The notes under the pieces are model-generated. The model searched no databases. It worked only from the letters and a program-made list of their open reading frames with translations, and was not told the DNA's origin. DNA of 58,129 bases from Rhizaria sp. SCN 62-66 (Eukaryota), in NCBI GenBank assembly GCA_001724265.1, contig MEDY01000167.1, positions 1 to 58,129 on the forward strand, in the 5' to 3' direction. This document shows positions 24,069-36,000 of this stretch, piece after piece (positions within the stretch are counted from its first letter, which is position 1; each line of letters opens with the position of its first letter). The translations under genes were made by a program, and so were the position numbers.

Positions 24069-27000
24069 TGCGCTACCGGGACTGCTCCAGGCAGTGTTCA
24101 AAGCGACGATTATGCACTCAAAGTCGCCGTCGCCGTCGGTGTCGGAGTCAGCCTCGGAGTCAGCCTCAGCGTCAGCTGACCGCTGTGACTCTGCTCTGGC
24201 TTTATTGGCCGTCAAGACAATCTTTGGACGCAGCTCTGGCTCGTTGTTGCTGCTGTTGGAGCTGTCTCTGCTCGCAATGCCTGCACCGTACCCGGCCAAC
24301 GCTAGCGCACACGCCAGCGCACACGTCAGTGTGAGCGGCGCAGCCGGCACAAGCTCCGCCGGCAGTGGCAGCGGCAGCGGCAGCGGCGCTGCGCTAGCCT
24401 GGGCGAGCCCGGTGTCACACGGGCTGCTCGACCTGTTTGCCGCCGCCGCCGACACGTGGGACTCCCGACGGGCGCACACGGCCATGCGGCTGATGATGCA
24501 GGTCGTGCGTGCGCGCGATGACGACTGCGGACTCAGTGTCCTGGACCTAGCTGCGATCGCGTACAGCCGTCCCAACAACAACAACAACAGAAACAACAAC
24601 AGAAGCAACAGCGGCAACAACGGCAGCAACGCTAGCACAAGCCCGGGCGCGGACGCGCTACAGTCACAATCCCTGCAGGCGCTGTTTCCGCGGCTTCTGG
24701 CCCTCACAGAGGACTATGTCGTAAATCATAAAGGCGCACGGGGGAAGCTCGTCGAAGCTGTTGCTGTTGCGCTAACCCACGCTATCATGGCGTCAACGCC
24801 AGCATTACCACAACAACAACAACAGCCGCAGCTGCCGCAGCCGCAGCAGCAGCAGCATCAGCAGCAGCAACAGAATGGAAGCATGGCAACGACAGGTGCG
24901 GCGGCTGCTGTTGGTCGACCTCGCGTTGGAGACTATGCACACCTCAGCTCCAACCCCGCCGTCGCCGCATTGGCACACTGGCTCCGGCTCCCTATCCCTG
25001 TCGCTCACGGTCATAGCCAGCCGCTGTCCAAGTCCCCGCCGCCGCCTAAGTACCCGTCGCAGTCGAATTCCACGTCGCAGTCCAAGGACCAGTCGCAGTC
25101 TAAGGACATGTCGTGGCCCGAGTCCCCTGCACCACGCACATAGAAGCAGAAACTACTGCTCCCGCTGCTCCTGGCCGCTTTGGAGACCAAACACGAGGCC
25201 TTGACGGAGTCTCTTCTCCAGGCCGGTGGTGACGCGTTCGCGCCCTATCGAAGTACCCCCTTAGACCGGCTCCGCGCGCCCGCACCCGCCCTGCGGGGGC
25301 GTCGCGGTGGCGCAGGCGAGTCCCAGCGGGACTTCGGGTCCCAGCAAGACTTGCGCCCCGCCGTCTCGTCTGTCTTGGGCGCCACCGCCGTCGCCGCGCC
25401 TCTGGCTGCAGCGCTGGCTCTGCCGCCTCCTCCGGCCTTGGCGAGGGCGACGGCAACAGCAGCGGCGGCAGCAACGACACCCGCACCTCTCTTGATCACT
25501 GTCGCGGCAGCCGCAGCAGCCGCAGCATCAGCGTTGGACGCGGGGAGTGCTGCTGCTGCAGCTGGTGCAGCTGCTGAAACTGCTAGCATGCGTGCCGATA
25601 CGGCCGTTGCTGCGAAGATTGCCAAGATGATCGCTACACGCGCCAAGGCGGCAGCGTCGCGGTACTTACCCGATGTAAGGGCCGCTTCGCCGCATGTCCT
25701 GCCTTCTGAGGCGGCGGCTCTGACCCCAGTCGACGTGCTGATTAGGTTTGCTGACGTGACACTCCTTAACGCATTTCGCGCACCGCCAGCCACGATCAAG
25801 ACTAAGCGGGGGGCTCCGGCGAGGGCTGTGGCCATGCCTGCTACTGCGACTGGGACTGGGACTGAGGCGGCACCGGGGCCGGAATCGCAGCTGCTTGCAG
25901 CTCAAACTGCACCCTTAGAGGACCTAAGCAGCAACAAGGACGACATCAACAACAACAACAACAACAACAGCAACAACAACAGCAACACGCCAGTTCTTAA
26001 GGCGGCTGCAACTCCTGATGCCGGCGCGAACGCACGTGCTCTCACCTCCGCTAGCTCCGATAACCATATCATGCTGCCGCCGATGACGCCCTCGACGCCG
26101 TCCTCGACGACGACGCCGCCGGCGACGACGCCGACGACGACGGCGACGTCGATGACGCCGACTTCGAGTGAGACCAGCGCCGACCGCATCCAAAGCCTGT
26201 CCCCGTCCGAGTTCGAGGCGTTGCTGTACCAAGCGGTTCTCGCAAGCAACGCCAGCGCACTGCGCTCGCTGCTGCTGGCGCGCGGCACTTATCCGGACCC
26301 CCCTTACATGGGCGACAGCGAACAAAGCAGTCAAGCCGCGAATGAGAGCGAGTCAAACCAAATTCAAGCCGCGTCGCCTGACCAAAGTCAAGCCTCGCCG
26401 AGCACGTCCACCAGCGGCAACAATACCGGCCACACCACGAGTCGCCGGTACTTAGACATGACGGCGACCCCCTTAGCGCTGTACTTGGCCATCCGGCGCG
26501 GTGACGAAGGCTGCGTGCGCGCTTTTATCTCCGCCGGTGTCGACCTGTCGCTCTTCACCCGCACCAACGGATTCACGGTGGTTCACGCTGCCATGGACGC
26601 CATCGCCACCGCGGTCACTACGGAGACGCCCAGGTTCACGCTCAACTATGCAACGAATGCGACCTCCACCTCCACTTCCAGCTCCAGCTCCAGCTCCAGC
26701 GGCAGCGGCAGCGGCAGCAGCAACAGTGTTGGTATAAGCCGTGTCAGCGCTTGGGTGTCTGCTTCGGACGCTACTTCTGCGCCACTGACATATCTGAGCG
26801 GCCCCTTGGACAGTCGTGACAGCAGCAACAAGCGGGAGAGCGACGAACTTGCGTTCGAGGACGAGGAGAATGATTTTCTGCCTCAAAACCACTTAGAAGG
26901 TCTCGGTAGCCACTCCAACATGCCAGGTTTTGATGACGTTGCCGGCGCTATGCATCTAAGTACCTCCTTAGACGCGGCCGTGAGCAATAGGCCCCTCCGC

Positions 27001-30000
27001 ACTACTCTCGACGACGCCCCCACCGATGGCAACAACAACAGCGCTTCTGACTCTCTCAGCAGAACAGCAGCATCATCATCATCATCAGCAGCAGCAGCGA
27101 GCTTGAATAGCTCCAGCGCTAGCGCGAGCAGTTCCGCCAGTGTCAGCCCAGCCGTGTCCCTGTTTTACCGCAGCTCTCTCCCGCTCTCCGAGCGCGTTCT
27201 GCTCCTTAACACGAGCTACGCCCCGCGCCTCTCCCTGCTGCGGCTGCTCGTCTTCTCCTCCTCTCTGTCGCCCTGGGCGATGTCGCAGCCCGCGAGCGCG
27301 GGGGGCAAAGCACCGCTCCACGTCGCGGTTGGCTACGGGCTCATCTGCGCTGCGCAGGTGCTGCTGAGCAGGCCGAAGCAGCCCGTCGGCAGCAGCAGCA
27401 GTACTAGCTTCAGCAGCGCTGGCTCCGCCGGCGGCACCGGCGGCAGCAGTATTACGATTGGCAACATCAATGCTGTGAACAACTACAACAACGCTATCGC
27501 CGCGGGTGGATCTCACGATATCGGTTCGACTCGGTATATCTCGGCCTCTAGCGCTGCGTCTGCCCCCAGCAAGGACACTAAAAGCGCGATTGTTGACGCT
27601 GAGGGCGATGAGCTCGATACTGACTACGACGACGACGAGTTTGACTCTGATGGCAACAAGAGTCCGACGGCGGCTGAGAGCACTGACACAGGCGCAGGTT
27701 CTCACCGGAACATTAGTGCTGCTTTACCCAGCGGTAAACCGGCTCGTTACGGCAGCACTGGCAGCTCTGGGACGCCGAGCTATAGCAGCCACAGCTCTCC
27801 TGGTGCTGGTCCGAGCAGCTACGATACACGCAAGACGCGCGTCATCAGGCCCGCCGTCGACGCGCTATGCAGCACCCGTGGTTTCACCCCCCTCGCCTAC
27901 GTGGCAGCGAACGATGTCGTCGTGTACCTGCCCTCAACGACTCTCTCAGACGCGCAGACGTGCAATAACAGCGCAAAGAGCACAGCACACAGTGCCGCTG
28001 ACGGTGCTGGAGCGGTCGCGAACGCTGCGGCGGGTGAGTCCACGTCTTTTTTTGGCCCAAACGTCGCGCACACGGATCTCTCTCTCGCCTATGCGTTATG
28101 CGCTGAGCTCGCCACCGCCGACCCCACAGGCTCTGGCAGCATCAGTAGTAAAGCGCACACAGCTGAGCTGCTGTCACGAGCCCGCGCGTTATCAGCTTCG
28201 CGGGCTAAGCCCCCCGCGGTGACCCACCGCGACCACACTCTGGCCGTCCTGACGCGCGTGCTGCTGCAAGCCGGAGCGGACCCGGACGCGAGGGCGCACG
28301 GTCCAGCCGGGTATGTCAAGACTAAGTGGTCGCTCTGGGGACAGAAGTCTAGTCGCGGCCTGACTTACCCTGAGATTGCTGAATGTAAGGAGGTACTTAG
28401 GATTGACACAAACACTAACTCAAGCAATATCGCAACCAAAGGCGCAAGCACTGACTCTAGTTCTGGCGCTGTCAGTGTGGAGCAGCAGCAACAGCAGCAG
28501 CAGCAACAGGAGCACTCTGCTTTGTTACTCAAACACGACACTTTGGCTCAATTCCTCTCCGTCTACACAGCGAGCGCGGCGCTAAAGCATGCGGAGCGAA
28601 TGGCTATCCACGCTCGCCTGACCACAGCCTGCGCCGCGACGTACCAGTCGATGATCGCGTCCCACAGTCCGGTCCACATCATGGATCACGAGGCGTCTTT
28701 GAACAAGCTAAGGCAGTTTGAGCAGACGGCTGCAGAGACTGACCGCACAAGCCGAGCGGAACGTCTGCGCCTGGAAACGAAGCTCGCGGTTTTGAAGGAG
28801 AGGCTTGCGGCTCTCGAGCAAAAGTTAGAGCTTGAGCCAGATGCGCGGACTTCAGAGGTCGAGCAGACAGGGAACATCACCCATAACGACCACCGCAACA
28901 AAAGCAACACTAGCAGCGCCGATGTCCTGGGTGCGACTGTTAGCGCCAGCGCGAGCGCGAGCGGTGCTCCAACGAAGAAGAATGGTGCCGAAACAGACAT
29001 GGCATCCGAGCCTGAGACCTCCATGACGACATCTGATTCTGCAACTCACCGGGGCGCTGATGACTCGCTGTTGTCTGTCGACTGTGCACCTCTCATCCAC
29101 AGCCCCGCCGCTGCGCTCGCCGCTGCCCACGGTCACATGGTGTCGGCTTTCTACGGCAACGACATCCTGGCGACGACTGCGGGCTTGTCGGTGCTTATGT
29201 TGGCCGCCTATGGCAACAACACAGTCACGGGCAAGATCCTACTGGCCCACGGCGTTGATGCCAACGCTGCTGTCTTTGCGCAAGCTGTGCCCGCTATCTA
29301 CAGCGACGCAGACTCAAGTTCTCCCTTAGATGGGCATGTAAGTACATCTTCAGACCAGAGGACGCGCACCCTGCTCGTGCCGGGCCGGCCGCGGATGCCC
29401 AAAGACACGGCCTTGCTCATTGCAGTCGCCAAGAAGCACCGTGCTTTCATCGCTATGCTCCTGCCGCGGTCACTTCAAGCCTTCACACAACAACAGCTTG
29501 TTGGTGCGAATTCCACTGGCACTCTCGCCTTGCTGCCCCGGCCGGCTCTGGCCGCGTCCGCGCCGACGATGGCCGAGTTGCGCTCCCTCTCCAAGGGCGT
29601 CCTGACGCTGCCGGATGACTCGCGCACTAGTGGTACGGCGAGCGCCTCCGGTGCCAGAGGCGTTTTCGCGCCACCATACCCCGAAGCCCTCTTGCTCGGT
29701 CCTCTCGTCGCCCCTGCCACCACCGCGGCGTCGTCACCGTCGTCCAAAGAGACTTACATCGATGTGAGTTCTCCTAACGACGCAGCGCACACCTCTCCGG
29801 TGGGGAGTGACGAGTGGGCATTCACACCCTTAGTGCCGCTACGCGGCTTATATTCAACGCACAGTGGTGACCACTCTTCAGTTGACGGCAGCGTATTTGC
29901 GTCTGGTTCGAACCAATCGCCATTTTCGACACAGTCTCAGTTCACAAGTATTCGTGTCGTTCCACCTGTTTTGGCTCATCAGGACGGGCAACACGGGGTT

Positions 30001-33000
30001 GACGTGTCCAAGACTGGGCGAGGCGAGTCTCTCGCTAACGACAGCGAGTTCAACCGTGTCGACATGACTGATGGCAGCTCCTACTCTCTCTACAGCACTA
30101 AGAGCGCGGGAAGTAGCAGCAGCGCGTCAAACAGTCTTACGACAACGCCGTCTGACCAGTCGTTCTTCACGCAGAATAGCACCTACACCGCCTTGCTCGC
30201 CAGTCTGGAGAGCCGTGATCACCCGCCGCCGGCCGACAAGGCAGCTGCGGCTGCGCCTGCGAGTGCGGCTGCGGGCGCCGCGGCTGCCCATAGCGCCGCC
30301 GCCGCGATCATGGCCCGGTCTCGGGAGGCCGCCGTGCTGCGTCAGGCGAAGGCAGCTCTTCTCTCGCTCGCTTTGCCCCAGCCGCAGTCTCAGTCTGATC
30401 CGGCCGTGACGGGAGCTGGCAGTGACTGGGTGGCGTACACGCCTCAGAGCCAGTGCGACCCGAACGTCGTCTACGCTGCTCCCTTGCCTCGCTACACGAG
30501 AGATCCGATCGGCAGCACAAGCATTAACAGCGATTCGAGTGTCATTGAGAGTTCGAGCGATTATTCGCTCTCTTTGTCCCTTGTTGCAGCCGAGTCTGCG
30601 TCTAATCTCGCTGCTCCAAACGCTAGCCGCCTTTTCAAACCAAGCCACAGTGGCGAAGACCGTTCAGCGCTCTCTGCCCAGCACAAGCAGCACGCGTTCG
30701 CACTGGCAAGCAGCCTGGCGACGGCGCTGCAAGTCGCTGCAGAGCTCGGAGACGTGCTTACGGTCACGTTGCTCCTTCGGGCTGGTGCTGTGCCACAACC
30801 GAACCCCGCGCTAAGTACCCCCTCAGATTACTATAAGCTGCAGGTGCATCATTCCGTGATCACCGCTCTCATTGCTTCAACCAGTGACGACACTGAGCAG
30901 CTCAGCGTTGATCTCAGCAAGCTCAACCTTTCTGCGCCGCACTCGGAGTCGTTGTCATTGCTCGAGTCCTACGCCAAGACCCTGGTGGCCCGCCCGCTTC
31001 TGACTCTGGTGCAATTGGCTGCCAACTCAAACGCGAGCGGCGACACGCAGCGTGCTCAGTCAAGTCCGGCTTTGGAGTTAGGCCAGTGCCGCTTTACATT
31101 CTTCGACTCTCAGGGCCGGTCCCCCTTAGTCTGGGCTGTTATCAAGAACAGGGCGGATTTGGCACGCTTACTGCTGCTCGCCGAGGCCGCGGCGGTGCGA
31201 CGCGCTTTCTATGCCCAAACCAGCGGCACCACGGTCAACCATGCGAGCACGACTGACGCTGTTCCGCGTTCGTCCGAGTCGACCTCGAAGCGTATGACAC
31301 ATGCCGAGGCCGTGGAGGCGATGCGCGGCGCGGCGACGATTGCCGCGGCGGTCGCACTTGTTCGCTCAGCGCAAAGCCCGTTAGTGTCGCGCGCGCTGGC
31401 AAGTGGCGCGGGCGCGGGCGCACTGTCTGCGGGCACAAACAGCGCTAGCGACCAACGAGCTGATGGGGCGACGATTTTGTGTTTATCGGCATTAATGGAC
31501 TCGCAAAACAGCTACAGCGACGTCGGGACTGCTTTGACACTGGAAAAACTGAAGCGCACATATATCCGTCTCGTTGCTCAAGACTTCTACCGCAAGTTCA
31601 GCTCCAGCTCGGATGGGTGGTTGGTGAACAAGGCTTGCTTTAGGGGCGCCACGCCCTTAGATTACGCATTGCTCATGGGTACTTACACCAACAGGTCGAA
31701 CGCGAGTACCATTGATGCGCTGTTGCGCGCCTGCGGCGGCGCGCACTCGTCGACGCCGGCGCAGCTCGTCTTGCTTGCACAGTCCCAGTCGCCGTCGCAA
31801 TTGCCGTCCTAGTCGCAGTTTCTGGCCGCGGCTGCCTTTACAGCCGCGCAGACGGCGACCACCGCGGTTGCGGCTGCCGTCGATGCTGCCGCTGATGTTG
31901 CTGCTGCTGCTGCTGCTGCTGATGCTGCTGATGCAGTTGTTGTTGATGGGACTGAGAGGACTGCTGCTGTCAGCGCTGCAAATCGCGCGATCAAGGCTGC
32001 TGCTAGTGCGACTAAGGCTGCTGCTTATTTTGATCAAATGGCAACAAACCGCCTCTCAAAGCTAGCACCCGAGGCCGCAACCATCACTCTGGACGCGGAA
32101 AATCCGACTACAACTCAGAAAACGCCCGTGTTTTTCCCTCCCAGCCGCCCCGCTGCCAAAGCGACGAGTATTACGACTGATTCCGCGAAGAAGCCCACCA
32201 CCACCACGAGTGCCACAGCTTCTCTCGCAACACCAGCATCACGTTCTAGTCCTTCTGCCACTTCCAGTGTCGCAACAACGGTAACTGACGTCGCTCTCGC
32301 AGCCTCGGCAGTGCCAGATCGCGTGTCAACGACGGCGACGCCTGAGGCCGCTCTCGCTGCCTCGGCGGTGCCCCTCACTGTTGTCGGCGTTGCCAGTCTT
32401 GCGGCGCGGCTGCTCGTTGCCGCCCGCACCAGCAGCGCGCTCGTGACGATGCCTTACTACACAACGACGACAACAACAACAAGAACCAAAACAGCAATAT
32501 CAGAGACTGCGACAGCTTCCGATGCATCTTCTGCGTCACAGAACGTTGCTCCACCTGTAACAAAGAACCCGTACAAGCTAGCGCGTGCCGCCGCCGCCAA
32601 AGCCGCTACCGCTACGCGGTGCCTGCCGTCGGCCCCCGTCCTTGCTATCGAGCCCTGGTCAGCGCTGATCGCATCCGGCTACACTCTGAAACACGCGAAA
32701 AATTCGCTTAAATTTGCGTACGTCTCTATTCTTCACACACCAAAAACCCTTTTCTCAACTATGCCAATGAAACACAACCATATTTGGCACCGTCTTCACA
32801 AAACTGTGTACTATGCCGGAATCAAACTCGAATTGCACTAATAAGATAACTGATTATTCTATTTCCACTATCCTTTGCTCTTATTGCGTCACTATAGCCC
32901 GCCGAGCGTCATCAATTCCGCCACTTTCAACAACATCGAGATTTCCGCCGACAGCGATCGTTTTATGATGGCAGCTGAGCTTGCCATTAAAACTGACATC

Positions 33001-36000
33001 ATCACGAAGTGGATCCCTGCCAAGCTCAGTGTCGCGCGGCTGTACCAACAGCAAAGCTTCGCGCTGCCCTGCTTTGACGTGTTTTCCCCTGTGGACGCCG
33101 TGTTGTACTCGCCCCCGGCAGCGCTGGCGACCCTCCTTGCCGCGGACGACGCCAAGGCGATGGATGCCTACATCATTGGCCAAGCAGCTGCGGCGAACGG
33201 CCGCGGTCTAAGCGCGAGTGTCAGCGCCCACTCAGAGGCGGGTGAGGTCGAGATCGATGTCGCTGCGGTAGCAGCCGCAGCCAACGCTGTCGTGCTCTGC
33301 GGTCTTGACAACGGCGACACGCACATCACCGACGAGACCAGCTCTCATGTGACCACAACGCCTCTGAGCGACGACTCGTCTGTGACTGTGGAAGTGAGCG
33401 TCACCGGCGCCAACCGCACCGTCACCGCACAGTCTCTGCTTTCGCTCTGCATTTTCCACCGCGCGTACAACTGCGCCGCGCTGCTGCTGCGTCGCGGCGC
33501 GCTGCCGGGCGCCAGTGCGAGCGCCACCGAAGCCGTGGCCGCGGCGGCTGCCAGCGGACTGGCGATCTGCGACTGGCCGTACTTCAGCCCTGTGTTGTCC
33601 GACAACGGCTCCTCGAAGAGTCGTTTATCCGGTGGAGCTGATGGGACGCAGGGTGGACCGACCGTTAGCATCACGCGTACTGTCGAGCTGTCGGATACGG
33701 TCGTGGTGGCGCCGACATTGCCTCGCACTGGGCGCTTTGTTCCGTCGACGATCGTGAGCCACTACAGCAACAGCAGCGCCGATAGTGAGCTCGGGGATGC
33801 GAGCGCTGGTCACCAAGAACGCACTGCGCGCGTCGGCCGTTTACTGGTCGCTCAATGCAAGAACTTCGGTGTTAAGGCTCACGCCGGGTCACAATCTGTA
33901 TGGACGCCGGGTACCACCGAGTTTGCGTCTCAGGCAGCTCACTCACTGCTCAATTCGCCTGCATTGGGGACACTGATTCCTCGTGAGTCGACTGTCCATC
34001 CGTTCACTATCGCAAAAGCCCCGTTGTACTTGCCGCTCGCTCCCTTAAATGCAGATCCAAGTGCGAAGACAGACACTATGAGTGGGTTTGTGTTCGATTT
34101 GCGCTGTCTCAGGGGGTGGTCGCCCCTCCACCTGGCGAGCGCCCTCGGCGACCTCAGGGGCATCTCCCTGCTTCTCTCCGCAGGCGCCCCGCTTGACTGT
34201 GTCGACGTGACAGACCAGACCCCTCTCGTCACGGCCGCCATCGCTGCTGCCTCCGGCTACCACAATCACTTGCTCTTCCCCAGCAACAACAACAACGACA
34301 ACAACATCAACAACAAAGCAGGCAGCGGAAATAAATTCTCGCGCTCGAATGCGGCTGTCGACAGTTTGGGCAAGTCCGCGACCGCCGAGCTCGTGACCTA
34401 TCTCTCCCGCCTCGGCTTCAACGGCGCCGCTGTGCTCGCATCGCCCCTCTACAACACCACGTCCACCGCTGCTGCCGCAACGACGACGACGGCCGCCGCG
34501 GCCGCCGCGGCCGCCGCCGCCGCCACCCCGTTGATCACGGCGGCGGGCGTGCCCACGCATGCGCTGGCGCTCTTGCTGGCTGGCGGCGCCGGCTCCAGCT
34601 CCAGCGCCAGCGCCGCGACCCCCGCGGCGGCGGGCGCGGGCCCCGGCTCCGAGGCCGCCACCGCGGCCGCCGCCACCGCAGTCAGCACAGCGAGCGCGAA
34701 CGTGCTGTCGGGCGTGCGCGAGTGGCTGGTCCGTGCCGCGGCGCGCGGCCAGCGCGAAGCTGCGGTGGTGGATCTGACGCTGGCGCGGCTCCAGGCGGCG
34801 GCCAGGCAGGCGCGCGCGGCGCGGGCGGCCGCGGTGAAGACCCTGTTGGCCACGGCGAGCGACACTGGCAGCGGCAACGGCGATGGCGCTAACAACAGCA
34901 GCCATAACAGCGGCAGCAATGGTGCTGATAACGGCGGGGAAAAGGTGATCAATCTGCTGCGGACGCTGACGCAGAGACTGAACACTGCTCCTCCACACAG
35001 CAACGCAGGCAGCTCTGCCACTCCTCGTGCGAATCCTGGCGGTGCCTTAAGTGTCTCTGCGAACTCGAGTGCAGCTGAACGTGGTGGGCAGGTTAGCTCG
35101 GGCGCGGACCCAGACCCGAGCACGCTTGGGAGCCGGATCGACGCGACGAGCGTGAGCGCACAGAGCGTCACCACCAGTGCCGCGAGCGATGTGTTTGCCA
35201 ACATCCACGCTTTATTCAACAGGGCCGCTCGTAATAGCACGTCTAGTACCAGTGTGAGCGCCAACACGGCTCCGAAGACAGACACCAACGCTAGCGATGA
35301 CAAAATCACTCCCAACGAGGCGAGCACGACGGCATCCAGTACGGCGGCATCCATCGCTCCCACTGAGAGTGATACTGCTCCTGCCGGTGTCACCAGTGCC
35401 GCTATTGCAAGTGCGACCGCGAGTAGTTCGCGTGTCAGTGACAAGGAAGTGCTGGCTGCCATCGTGAAGTGTGAGGCAGCTCTTTCTCAAATCAATGCAG
35501 TACGTTATCAAAACAAACAAATATCGCATGAAAAGCCACATCTACTTTGCTAATTTTTCAGTATGACATTAAAATTCTCATTTACAATGCACCATTTGCT
35601 TACCTGATACTTGCTTTTTGCGATACTCTTTCCTTTCAACCTGTTTAGACCGCGAACGCCGCCGTCGCGACCGCGCTCTCGTCCCTCCGCGCCTCCTTCG
35701 TCCCCTTCAACACCCCCGTGCCCTCCGCCGGCGGACTGCCCCTGCTCGCCGCCGTCGCCCCGCTCCACTCGGCGCTGCCCGGGCTGCTGCGCGCGCTCGT
35801 CCGCGGCGGCGCGCGCGCTAATGCGGTCACCGACGGCGGCTGGTCACTCCCGATGCTCGTCGCACAGTCGCTCGCGCACAGCAACGGCGCGCACACCGCC
35901 AACAGCAACAACAACAACAACAGCAGCAACAGCAACAACAGCAACAATGCCGCTACTGCCGCGAACGCTAGCGCGAGCGCTAGCAGTGGCGGCGCCACCG

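Noticed and set aside
25050-25143. Possible intron GTACCC..CATAG using the first TAG as acceptor
   Set aside because: 94 nt would shift the frame, and the content is coding-like (SQSKDQSQSKD).
31679-31843. Possible intron GTACTT (or GTACCA a few codons later)..TTTACAG that would remove the second TAG in frame
   Set aside because: GC-rich and coding-like unlike the validated introns, non-consensus donor, and it would delete the second helix (IDALLRACGG) of the GATPLDYAL ankyrin repeat. Disfavoured, though only RNA-seq can exclude it.
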